Made by a program: the position numbers and the translations under genes
Notes under the pieces: generated by a model
The model's input: only the letters and a program-made list of their open reading frames with translations
Told to the model about the DNA's origin: nothing
Databases searched by the model: none
Shown here: positions 1 to 11,200 of the stretch, piece after piece
How the letters are laid out: every line of letters starts with the position of its first letter
Position numbering within the stretch: position 1 is the stretch's first letter
From: Pavona decussata
Lineage: Eukaryota
Direction: 5' to 3'
DNA: 64,000 bases
Assembly (NCBI GenBank): GCA_977016875.1
Contig: CDRNST010000062.1
Span: 3,906,001 to 3,970,000 of the forward strand

Positions 1-3000
1 AAAGCTGTCAAACCGCGCGATGTGTAATTTATTTGCAACCAAACCCATTCAGGACGTTTTGTCGTGCCAGAGTTCAAACAACCTGCATTGTTCCCCAACA
101 TTCGAATCAAAAGAACTTGTACTCGGTCACTATGCTCGCAGTTGTTCTTCAAAGTAATTATCTCGACCTCATTGTTCGCAGGAAGAGCGAGGCGTAATGC
201 ATAAAAACAAAAGCCGACTTCATTCGCGTGCGTATCAGTGAATGCAATGTTTACCAAACTTCGCTCGTACCTTGTCATAAAGAAATCATTTCGTGTTATC
301 TATTTTTTGAAACTGTTGATTAGAAATGACTCGTTTAATATCCCGAAAGGAAATGTTCGATGTTATCGCTAAAGTATGGTGAAGACGAAGTAATAAATTG
401 GCGAAGTGAGGTGAAAATATTTGCCGCAAGTGAGTGAATGCGAGGTAAAACTTGAGGCAGATCTGTTTGCACAGAATTCGCGCTAACAAGGTGTTAAAAG
501 CGTGAGGGATAGTGATGCGCGAAATATCGCCGTTTCTTCAACGTGGATCTAGCGTTTGTTAACACCTAATTAAACAGTCTTAAATCCAGTTAATTAAAGG
601 GAAGTATGGGTTGATAACATCGTGTGAAAGGCCTTTTTGAACACCGATAAACCCATTATTAGTTTATGAGAGCAATATTGTATTTTCTTCTTTGTATATC
701 CGTTGCTTGTGATCATTGATTTAAGAAAGCACGAATTTAAGGCTCCTTTATTCAAAGTTCAAATTACACAAAAGATGTATAGCCAGCTTCTCACCCACTT
801 CGATTTGTCCCCGAGTTCATTGTGAAGGCGGTTACATTTTTTAAATAGAATTTTTCTTTTTTCACGAAGAATGAAGTACTTCTATTGTGATATTCGCAAG
901 TTGCGTGCGCGAAAAACAATGTGCTTTATGCTCTCAAAGAAGTGAATGCAAAGTTTTTCCAATAAAGAAATCAAATCTGGGTTAAAATGGGGCTAAAACA
1001 ATAACGCGACAACTGGGAGATGACTCTATAAAGCGAAGGTTTCAGCTTCAAAGGAAAGTCTTTCAAATGTGCGTGGCGTGTGCGCTCCACATGGCTAATA
1101 AAAATGACAATAACGTCCAACATGGTGTTAGCACAATGCGTTGTCTTCACATGTTGTAAGTCATTGTTTACTCTTTTCTTCGGGGTAACCTGTATTGTAA
1201 AGCTGTCTTTTGTTGCAATTTCTTTATCGTTGTCGCGGGCTATAGTTTCTCATATCTATAGCTTAGTGTGCGAAAAAATCGATTGTTCCGTGAGGCAAAG
1301 CTCTTCGTTTTAATTCCATCAAACAAAATGAAAACAAATGACACTTCCCTTGTTATATTATCTCGTAGGTGAACGATTTAACTGTAATATTTCAGCTAAC
1401 TAGCGCTAACAAATTCTTTTTTCTTTTTTCGAGTAAGAGCTGTCGTTGTACAAGGAAATTAAATTATATGCCCACCAACGCAAGCTGGTGTAGAATTTCC
1501 GCATTCATTATTCCTAAATCGCCCACGATGGGAAAGAAAAATAGACGCCTTGTTTATTGTCTAGCACAGTACAAGCACCATGTATAGTAATAATGATAAT
1601 AACGAGAAATAGTTTGCCCTGAATAAGGTATAGGAAAAGGAGAAGAGGACTTAAGCTTTTTCATGAATGTTCAAGAAATAAAAACATAATTCACACTTGG
1701 TTCTCATTGAAGTGTGAAAAATACTTCATGTTATAATTTTCTACGGGCGTTGTTAATTAGGGGTTATTTCATAAACAAGAACGATGCAACCAACCCTAAA
1801 CAACTAGGAGATGTCATGAAGACAGGCGAACGTAATCCCATGCTAAGTCATTTAAATTTGTGACACATTTCTGCACTCGCTTGGTGTGTTTTTCGTTTAC
1901 ATAACCTTGGATTCATTTCATTCACGGAGGAAAGCTTAAACGTGATGAAATTTGCTTTTGACAGCCTTCAGTTTGTGCAACTGAATAAACGCCATTTTTG
2001 CCAAACATCTCGTGTAGAAGTTGGCTTGTATTCCCGTTAATTCACACGAAATTTCTGCGGAAAACGAAGAAAAACGGACGATTTGAGGAGGCATTTGTGA
2101 ACTCTAACTACAAACTCCACCCGGTGTTCTAATCTCTCCGAGACCGCCAGTTTAACTTCCCCGCCAACGAAAAATTTTCAGCCGCATATTACTTTACATA
2201 AATCAACTACTACAAAATGATTTTTACACACCACGCTTTTATTTTTCTTTTTATATTACATGGATAGGAATTATACATACTTCTTTTCAAATATCAGCGT
2301 AATTCTGATATGTTATAATTTGCTAAGTATTCAACGGAAAAATGAAAACTTTTACAAAAGGTTTTCATGTACACGGCTTAAACCTAATATATAGGTTGTC
2401 TCATTTTACAGTTTGATTGAGAGAACAAAAGGCTAATTTTCCCGCTGAAGGGATTTGTTTCTCTTCCCAATGTTGTGTTAAGTTTGTTACAGGATTCATG
2501 TATTCATGTTTAAAAAAAACCCTTCTACATTACAGTTAAATATATTTGATTTAAACCTCTGTCAAGAAAAGTACAAAACTTTGCACAAGGCAAAAATAAC
2601 GCCGGTTTTCGATTATCGAAATATCATTAAGTTAAGCGAAATTAAAATGGGCGTGTTGTTGAATCGCTATCAGACGTGAACAGAGAAAAACTTTTAATTT
2701 GCCCATCCGTTAATGAACTTTACTACATATTTTTAACAATATTTTTAAATAACGCGTACACAAAATAAAAGAATATTTAGCCAACAAAAGTTCCTACATT
2801 CGGAGAAACGAAAACGTTATTCTGGATATCAACTTTTGTCCGAGAAATACTGTGGTCGGTTTTGCTGGCCGGTTCGTCTTCCATTTAAAGCCTTGGTTCA
2901 TTTAAAGTTATATATACCAGTGTCTATATACAGGGTTAGGTCTCGACTCTACCCACAGTCAACAAAGTCTCAAAGAGCTCATTAATTTATAAAGAGAATC

Positions 3001-3673
3001 TGCATGCAGAGTCAAGGCAATTCAATAAATTAATTTCAATTTACTGGTGCCTTGCGCCGAGTGTTAGGCCAAATCGCTAATGCTAGGCTTTCAGAGTCAC
3101 TCAAAGTTCGCAGTAATTTTTTTGTTTGAAAAGTTTACACGGCCAAGAGTTTCGCTTTCTCCTTGCCGAACTTGGCATGCATGCGAGTGGGTCGCTGAAG
3201 CATAAATTAAATCTTCATGTTCTACCATGCGTTTGGCATGTGGGTTCGATGTTATAATTTATAATTTTGACAAAAACAAAAAGCTGGTAACGCGAGCTAA
3301 TGGAAGTAAACTACTCGTGCTACTTAAAACTTAAGTATCTCTGAAAAACTTCGTTAACCTTGCTAGTTTCACAATCTCAGCGACATAAACTTTGTGGAAA
3401 CTAGCGTCGTAAATGGCAAACCAAGCGTTTGATCACACCGCTGTCATAAATATGCAAAAAGTGAAAAAAAATAAATATTTCAGGTGATCTTTTCGCTCGT
3501 TTCGGTCTAGAGCGCGGGCTTGCATGTTAACGATACAGGCGATGAACATTGTGTAAACATTGCTATCTTATTGATCACACTAAAAAGAAAGTTCTACCGA
3601 GATATTTAGAATATTGTTTTGTTCTTGGCTTTGACGTGGCCACTTGTTTTATCGCATTAAGTGAATTACAATC

Positions 3674-3688
3674 TTTGCATAACAATAG
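3674..3688 (-). promoter_or_regulatory. Sox-Oct (HMG-POU) composite motif downstream of SoxB
   Basis: TTTGCATAACAATAG reads CTATTGTTATGCAAA on the minus strand, a close match to the Sox-Oct composite consensus CWTTGTYATGCAAAT. Confidence 0.5.
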
Positions 3689-4455
3689 CCCGAACAGAAT
3701 GTTAGTTTGAGTTCCAAGATTAGAGCATTGTTAAAATATATATAGGACGATGCTCTAGTGTCAAATACAACCCGCTCAATCGAGACTGATCTGTGGTTAC
3801 CTTCGGGTACACTTCCTTCGAGATAAAACCATTCCTGCATGTAGTTTTTGTTTGTTCGCAACATACGTATGCAGGTACAAATGCGCATATATTAAACGAA
3901 AGAAAAAGTGTAGCAACGTTTTCGATTTCGCTTGAGCGAATTCGGCAAGTTTCAGCTCGAAAACTGGTTACGGCACTACAGAAAATTGAATGTTTGTAGC
4001 AAGGTTTATGTTGTTACTTTACATAACCGAGTTATTGTACTGTTTGTCAGAATATTGTCATTATTCATTGTAAGATAGAAATTGTCCCTCATTAAACCGC
4101 ATTTATCACAAGCCCGCGCTCTTTGTGACAAACGGAAATTTGCTCCTAGAAAGAATACAGAAATTTCAACTAACGCAAACTGAAAAGGCGTTTAAAAGAC
4201 ACATTAACACTTGCTTCTAATGTACTCGCAAGCACTAATAAACTTAACTCTAACGGAGAAAAAAATAGGAACTAACAAACATATTCGAACGAATTTGATC
4301 TCCGCTCTCGATTAGAAACTCGTTGAGTAAAACGTGTTACGTAGGTTGACAAGGCCTGTCGAGAAATGACTTTCAGGATCATGGCCCTGATTTTTCCATA
4401 TCACTCTATCACTAGCTCTTAAATTAAAAAGGTGTGGCACAAATACATAAGAAAT

Positions 4456-5292
4456 TTAAAGCAATACCGGGACATAAGCCACAGGTCGGGATAAGTCCTG
4501 CTGTGGTTGCCAAACTCCTGACACTCTCTGGCCGCTCAGTTCTGCAGTAGAGACTGTGTATCCACTCGGCTTGCTTGGCGCTTCGCTACTTGAAGCTGTT
4601 GGACTGGGCGAGCCGTTTGCCATTGCCCCACCGCGCGTCTCGTCCACGCTTGAAATTCTCTGTTGGATTTGCGAGGGTAGAGCGGGTTGGAAAGCTTGGC
4701 TGGTGTACAGTGCCCGGTTGTGGCTCATCACATCCGCGGGACGAAATGAGTGCGTTGAATCCAAAGAACTAGCGAAGAGCTGACGTGATGGCGGAGTGAC
4801 GGAGTGGTGACTGTTAACTGCGGTTACATTCGGGTAGATGACTGGATAGCCCGGCGAAACGGAGTGATGAAACGCTGTTGCCCCATTTATTTTGGAATAC
4901 ATTGGATCCGCGGACAAAGCAGTTGAATGAGCTATTGTTTGAGGCAATTGATTCGTTGGGAATTTGTCAACCGCCATCATTGGAGCACTGTATGGGGAAA
5001 ACATCGGGGCTGATAGCTCTTTCTTCTGCAGTGATTTCGGCTTGCGTCGCTTCGGTTTGTACTTATAGTCCGGATGCTCTTGGATGTGGATTGCTTGCAG
5101 TCGTTTCGCCTCGGCCACGAACGGTTCCTTCTCGTCTTGCGAGAGCATTTTCCACTCTGCTCCGAGCCGTTTGCTTATCTCAGAGTTGTGCATTCGCGGG
5201 TTTATCGCCGCGTACTGCTTTCTCTTGCCGCGACTCCACACCATAAACGCGTTCATGGGTCTCTTAATATGCCCTTCGTCTTGCTTACCCAT
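4456..5292 (-). CDS. SoxB: Group B Sox (HMG-box) transcription factor, intronless, SoxB2/Dichaete-like
   Basis: 278-aa ORF with an N-terminal HMG box [15 protein letters not shown]...[15 protein letters not shown]...[26 protein letters not shown]. It has a very short N-terminus, an S/P-rich tail and a single coding exon, as is typical of SoxB. The exact paralogue cannot be assigned without a tree. Confidence 0.96.
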   Translation of the reverse strand: MGKQDEGHIKRPMNAFMVWSRGKRKQYAAINPRMHNSEISKRLGAEWKMLSQDEKEPFVAEAKRLQAIHIQEHPDYKYKPKRRKPKSLQKKELSAPMFSPYSAPMMAVDKFPTNQLPQTIAHSTALSADPMYSKINGATAFHHSVSPGYPVIYPNVTAVNSHHSVTPPSRQLFASSLDSTHSFRPADVMSHNRALYTSQAFQPALPSQIQQRISSVDETRGGAMANGSPSPTASSSEAPSKPSGYTVSTAELSGQRVSGVWQPQQDLSRPVAYVPVLL

Positions 5293-5459
5293 ACTCGTAG
5301 AGTTAGTTGCTAATCGGAGCGGTGTAACTTTGTTAAGAGTGAGTGTGAGTTGATCTTCACGCGAGACCGGGTTCAGTCAAACTGTTTTCAAAGGAGCAAC
5401 CTCGGACTGTTTTGTGCTTGGTCGGCCGGCTCAACTGCTACAGCAACTTCCAGGCGTGA

Positions 5460-5610
5460 TTATGGCTGATGGATATAATGATATAATAGGACAATGCTAA
5501 TATTTCATTTCAATAATAATACGAGAAGTAAACAATAGGTGTTAATTATTTGGGCATGAATTATGTATATTTCCGCTCTCGGCCAATCAACATGCGGGAA
5601 ATTTCGGCGG
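5460..5610 (-). promoter_or_regulatory. Probable SoxB proximal promoter
   Basis: Lies 170-320 bp upstream of the ATG. Contains an AT-rich TATA-like tract (~5472-5488), overlapping ACAAT/ATGCTAAT (5491-5501), AACAATAG (5531-5538) and CCAAT (5583-5587). The TSS is not known. Confidence 0.5.
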
Positions 5611-8030
5611 TAGCTCTTGCGCCATGCTTTCTCAAGCACGTGCTTTAGAAGGAAAAATCTTTCGTTTGGCAACCGAGGGGCGCTGTTTGTGAAACCACAA
5701 AAACGATGGCCAAGTGGGAATACTAAGCGCGGGATTACAGCGCAATGGGCGCTGAGTTATTGCAAGTTTTCGGTTGTGTTTGCTCTGTCATTCAAACTTT
5801 ATTCTAATGATAGCGGTCAACACCTGCGCGAGGCACGCAGGTGCGCCTTTCAAACTATTTCAATATAATAATGTTTTCCGCTCAATACCTTTACCACATC
5901 TGCGGCATCCGCTATTGTTCGCTTTGCACGTGTTTCATTAGGGGCTTACCTTGCTTTCTGTGCGTCATTGTCGCTTTTTTAAAGAGATTTACAAACTTTT
6001 CAGCTTTTCTCTATTTAATGGACTCCCAGGAGCAATTTGCATAATGAAAGCCTCATTGTGCTATCCGTTTCGCGAATAATCGCAGCGAACTTCGGATCTT
6101 CGAGGTCAATTGGTTTTCATTGAACGACACAATAAGTGAAAAGAGAAAAGCTTTTCAAACTGTGGTCTGGGGGTCTTGGTCTTTTGTACTCGTGGATCAG
6201 AAAACTAAGAGGGCAAAACACATTTAAATTTCTACGCGCTCGTCTTCCGTGCATGGCCGGGTTTGCAAAGTGCGAGCACTTCCCGCGCTGATTGTATTAA
6301 CTCCGAAAAAATACTGATAAATTAGATCTAGACCAATGATAGAAGCGTAGTATTTGCAGAGTCATTAAGAACTTTGGTTACAGCCGATTTGCACCGCTAG
6401 ATAAATATTTCCAAATTGAGAATTGGCAAATTTTATTGTGGTCATTGTGAGTGCTATTGTCTAAGCCGAAATTTTAAACATCTACTTTTCTTTAGCGTGT
6501 GTGCGTCGCGAATAGCAGTGTAGTGTTTTTCAATTTTATGTTTATTTTTGCTCAGCGAGACTCCTGCGATCCGGTCGCCTTTCGTTTATTGTTTGGACGT
6601 TTCCGTGGGGTTGAAGCATTTTTCAATCATCTTGAAAATTTCTGGTGCGAAGCCGTGGGAGTCGAGTTGATTACTAACGGCTCCACTTGCAGCAAAACAG
6701 AGCTGTGTTTGAGAAGTAACACTAGACGCGTTTGTGTTTGAATTCGAGTTGATTTCCTTTCTGTTTACTTTACTAATAAGGAGACAAAAACTGGCTTTAA
6801 TTATGTTATTTGCTGCGGAGTATAGCTTCAATTGTTACGGCCGCAAAAAATTTAAGGAAGGGGATTTTAGCTGCAAACCATTTCCAATTAGACAAAGTTG
6901 AAAATTTCGTTCATCTCCCCCACTGTTAATTTACCACGAGAGAACGAAAGGCGCAAAATGAAAATTTGACAAAACGAATAAAGGTTTACCAAAACAACGC
7001 CTTTTGTTATGTTTTTTATCTTTTGTTTTGAATGAATATCGACAACTTCAATTGTCGATTGGAATAGCAGGAAAAAAAAATTGCCCACTCGTGAAATTTC
7101 CGCCGTAATTGGAAAGCAAATATCTGATATTGCTATAATTTATTTTTTGAGAAAACCAAATGATTATGATGGCATTTCCCAGACATTTTTACTTCTTAGT
7201 AAAAGCCCTGTCATAGCTCCAGGCTAGCCACAAGAGCAATGCTTTCGTTGTCAAATTAAGCTGCGTTCACGAGAGAAGTAGATTTCATTACACTTTATTG
7301 ATTTTCAGTGCTCGCAGTGCAACATTGTGATACTTTTTAGCCGGTTTGTAAATATACTTTAACCGCCGAATTAAACCTGGTGTTTAGACAAAGGTTGATG
7401 TTAGGCGATCTCTTGCCAGACTAAAACATGGATCCAAAACAACGCTCAGCGTATCAAGAAATGGTTCATTGTAGTGAGTCAAATTCGTCTTAACAAGTCC
7501 AAACAAAAGCCTTTTGTTGTTTATTGCGCTTGGGGAATTGTTCCGAGACTCGGCGAAGATGAATTTTTAATCGTCACAAAATTGTCGGCGTGTCAAATTA
7601 GCGGCACTAGGGGAGAGGGGTTTGGAAAGTTGTGGAAGGTTTACTATTATTGTTATTGATCCCAAGCAAGAAACCTGGAAATGCTAAATTATTTTATACA
7701 ATATTGGATCAGTTGATAATAGCGCGCAGCGCAACGCCGCAAAACAGTGAAGCTTTTATCGATGGTTTCACTTGGTCAAGAGTTGTGAATTTCAAAACTA
7801 ACTTGCCTTACTCGTAAAAAAAAGAAAGGAAAGAAAAGGCTTCGTTTATGAAAACTCGCGCTTTGGATCGGAAAAATCGCCCGATTAGACCGTTTGATTG
7901 AAAAGGATCAATGTGGTCGTTGTCATTTAGTCTTAAAACAAAAGCATCGGTTGCTAGTGCGGCTCTTAAAGAAGAGGTGTTAGTTTAAAACCATCACGCT
8001 TTCACTCGCGACGCGACGCTTTCGCCAAAT

Positions 8031-8213
8031 ATGCAAATTTCGAACTCGTGCAGTCATCGGCTAGTTTTGAATTTCCCTCGTGAATTTTGCTATTGTAATA
8101 ACAGCGAGTTTGAATTTCCCTCCTGAATTAATAAGCCTTTGTTTAGCGCTAAAGCTATTGTTGCAAAATCTCCTTTTATGGCCATATTTGCGACGCTAAA
8201 CAAAGAGCATTGT
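8031..8213. promoter_or_regulatory. Candidate SoxB upstream enhancer (octamer plus Sox-site cluster)
   Basis: ATGCAAAT at 8031. Sox-like sites at 8090, 8137, 8155, 8199 and 8208. A 21-bp direct repeat at 8066 and 8109. Confidence 0.45.
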
Positions 8214-11200
8214 CTTTGAATTTGATCAGCTTTTCTTGATACGAGGGCATCTTTGAGAAGAGAGTAGCCAAAATTTACTGTACACCTGTCTTCGACACGA
8301 AAAAAATAATTTAAATTTTATAAGTAATGTTCAAGTCCAAAGGTCTTGCGAGAGATTATTTCGGCAGGGCAGTGAACTGAAGAATTTGTTCTTCTCTTTT
8401 TTTTTTCTGATAAGGAACGCGAGCGATTTCTGTTATGTTTTTGTTCGACGGCGAAAGTCGTTTACATAAATTGGGTTATCACCTGTAGAGAATGCTAAAG
8501 CACTTTCATTTGAAGCTGACTGTGCTCTAAAACCCAGAATAAAGCAATCTTTATTGCTGGCGCGATAACTAGAATAGAAAAGAAACACGATAGCATTTAA
8601 CAGCGAATTTACACGTGCGTTTGGTGACTGCGAAATCTGTACGAATTACAAAAAGTTTGCGAGCAATCTTTAAAAATTATCACTTTATTCGCTTACCGGG
8701 AGTTGGGAAATTATCATGACCATGTGGTGGTCCCACGGCGGTAAGATTCGTCCCATCTAAAACAATCTTTCTTTAATTTTCAAAACAACGCACAATGGAA
8801 AGCCGTTGAAATGGCTAAAAAGAAAAAAGCCAAGAATAAATGTTTACCCCGCACAGAATGGACGTAGAATGAAACGATTTGTCTGCTAATACGACCATAG
8901 TTTGATCAATTTGCATTTCCAGCAAGTGAAATTCGCCGTCCATACAAAAGACATGTTAATAGGGACGCAGAAAACAGTGGCTATAGATCGCGGTTTTGAC
9001 GCTAAATTGGTTCCTTGGTTTGAATTGAAAAGGCTAAACAGTTATTCGCATGGCATAGTTTCGGTAAACCAACTAGACTGCGCTGACATCGAAAATGGCT
9101 GTTTCCGATTACTCCAGCGTTTCTCGCGAAAGGAAGTGAAAATAGCGCTCTATAAAAGCCACACTGACAAGGCAAAGTGGATAGGCATTGTTTCCAAGTA
9201 AGTTGGAGTACATTGAAAAACATTTGTAATCTCAGAAAGAGGGCATTTACTTCAATATATTTTTTTCTTAAGTTCTGAACCATCATTTTCCGTGCAGAAT
9301 GTTCAAAGTCCCAAACGTTTGTAGTAGCACCTGTCTTGATAACAGAAAATAGAGCGAAACTTCGCGGGTCATTAAGATATAAAATCCTTTAAATTTTGAT
9401 CTTATCCGCGATAAATTGCTGTCTTCTTTCATTGAAATATATCTCGAAAGAATGCCCTATCTGTAACGTTTCATGCGAAAATCGAAAATTTGAGCGAATT
9501 TTTAGACAGAATTTCACTGAGACATTTAATACCGAGCACTGAATTTCGCAGTGTATTAACAAAATGCGGAGAACGATAAAAAAAGATTCATACTAGCTTC
9601 CGAGAAAGACAAGTATTCTTACATTCGTCTGTTCTTGTGGCATGATGTATGTTTTCATTTTAAGCAATTTAATGTCTGATTTTTATCAAAGATGTACATT
9701 TATATTAGTCGGCCGTAATTGACACTGTGAAGCGAAAATTTAGTGTTTTTAAGTTTTGTCTCTGATATATACCTAAAACCTACACTGTTGGGGTTATTGG
9801 AATCAACGCTAAACTGAGCGTATTTTGAAAACTACAACGTGAAAAAATAACAAAGTATCTTTCTTTTTTAGTTAATAAATAAACAATATTTTTAGCAACC
9901 CAGTGTTGTCTTATTCACCGCAAGGGTCAGTTAAAAGTGAACAAACATTTCATGCTTCACGCTGAGAAATGGACAAACAGAAATGTATAACATTACTGAG
10001 TTTTTGTGCAATTTGCGAGTCTGTAAAATATACTAATAATTTCTACCCTTTCGTTTATTTTTCTTTTAAATATATATAAATTTTACCTTCTCTCGACGAG
10101 TAGGAGTCGTGTCACCTCGATGCCCTGCTAGCGGTCTCTTTGGAGAATTTTACGTTCGATATATTGTTTATAGCGATTAGCGTTGAGTTATATAAACCGC
10201 GCCAAGCCTAAGGGTTTTTGCAAAGTTATTCTCATAAAACTTACGTCAGCTGACTTCTCTAGGAGTTGAGAGTCTCTCACTTCCAAAAACAGAGAAAAAA
10301 GGGGAAGAAACCTCTTGACAATTGTTATTTCTCAAGGCTTTTGCGTGTAATTATACAGCCATGTTGAATCTCTCCGCCTTCCACTTAGTAAGTTTGTGCT
10401 AAATATTTGTCTTGCCATTTTTTTGTTATCCAATACTGCAATCACAAAACTGTTAATTTGTGTCTTGTGTACATTATTTTGCGATTTTTTATCGGTTTTG
10501 AAGGGGAAAAGCTAGAAGCATTTTGTCGTTTCTTGAAAGCTAGGAATTTTTTTTCAACACGATCGCTCGTGGCATTTGCGCAAATTACGACGTCAATTGA
10601 TATTTTCAGTATTATTTCTCGTTTAAAGGACTCTCAAGTGTCGTAGGAAAAAGTGCAACTCTTTATCGCTGTATGCGCAGTGGCCGAGTCAATTAATTGT
10701 TAATTATGGTATCCAAACATTTGTGTTCTTACATCAATTTCCCAGAGGCTACGCATTTCGTGGCTTCTTTGTGTTGGAGAGAAAGCTTAACAGAAATATG
10801 TATTTCCACTTGCAAACTTGCCGTCGGCGAATACAATAGCCAGAAAACAAGCTTTCTTTAATTTCCATTAGTCGACTGAATGCAAAAAGGCACTAAAAGT
10901 TATCCTTAAAACATTACTGCTCTGGTTTAAAAAGAGTTAATGGCGAACAGAATAATGATGTTTTTCGGAATATTGTTTCTACTCGCTTTAATCTTCCCTA
11001 AAAGGGCAGCGCGCGAAATGTATAAAATACAATTCTGAATCGTGTCTCTTGTTCTTTGAAATTAGTCGTTTCTACCTCATTTCAATGTTAATTGTACAAG
11101 GTTTTTTCTTTCGCGAAATAAAATTTGCGAGTTGATTTGAACTCAGATTTTAGTTCAGTGTTGTAGGTTTTGTCCTGTAAACGAAAGCGTCGCCGCTTGC

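Noticed and set aside
4556-5353. Plus-strand ORFs overlapping SoxB (likewise 29785-30090, 37073-37369, 52775-53119)
   Set aside because: Antisense shadows of real coding exons, with no independent homology.
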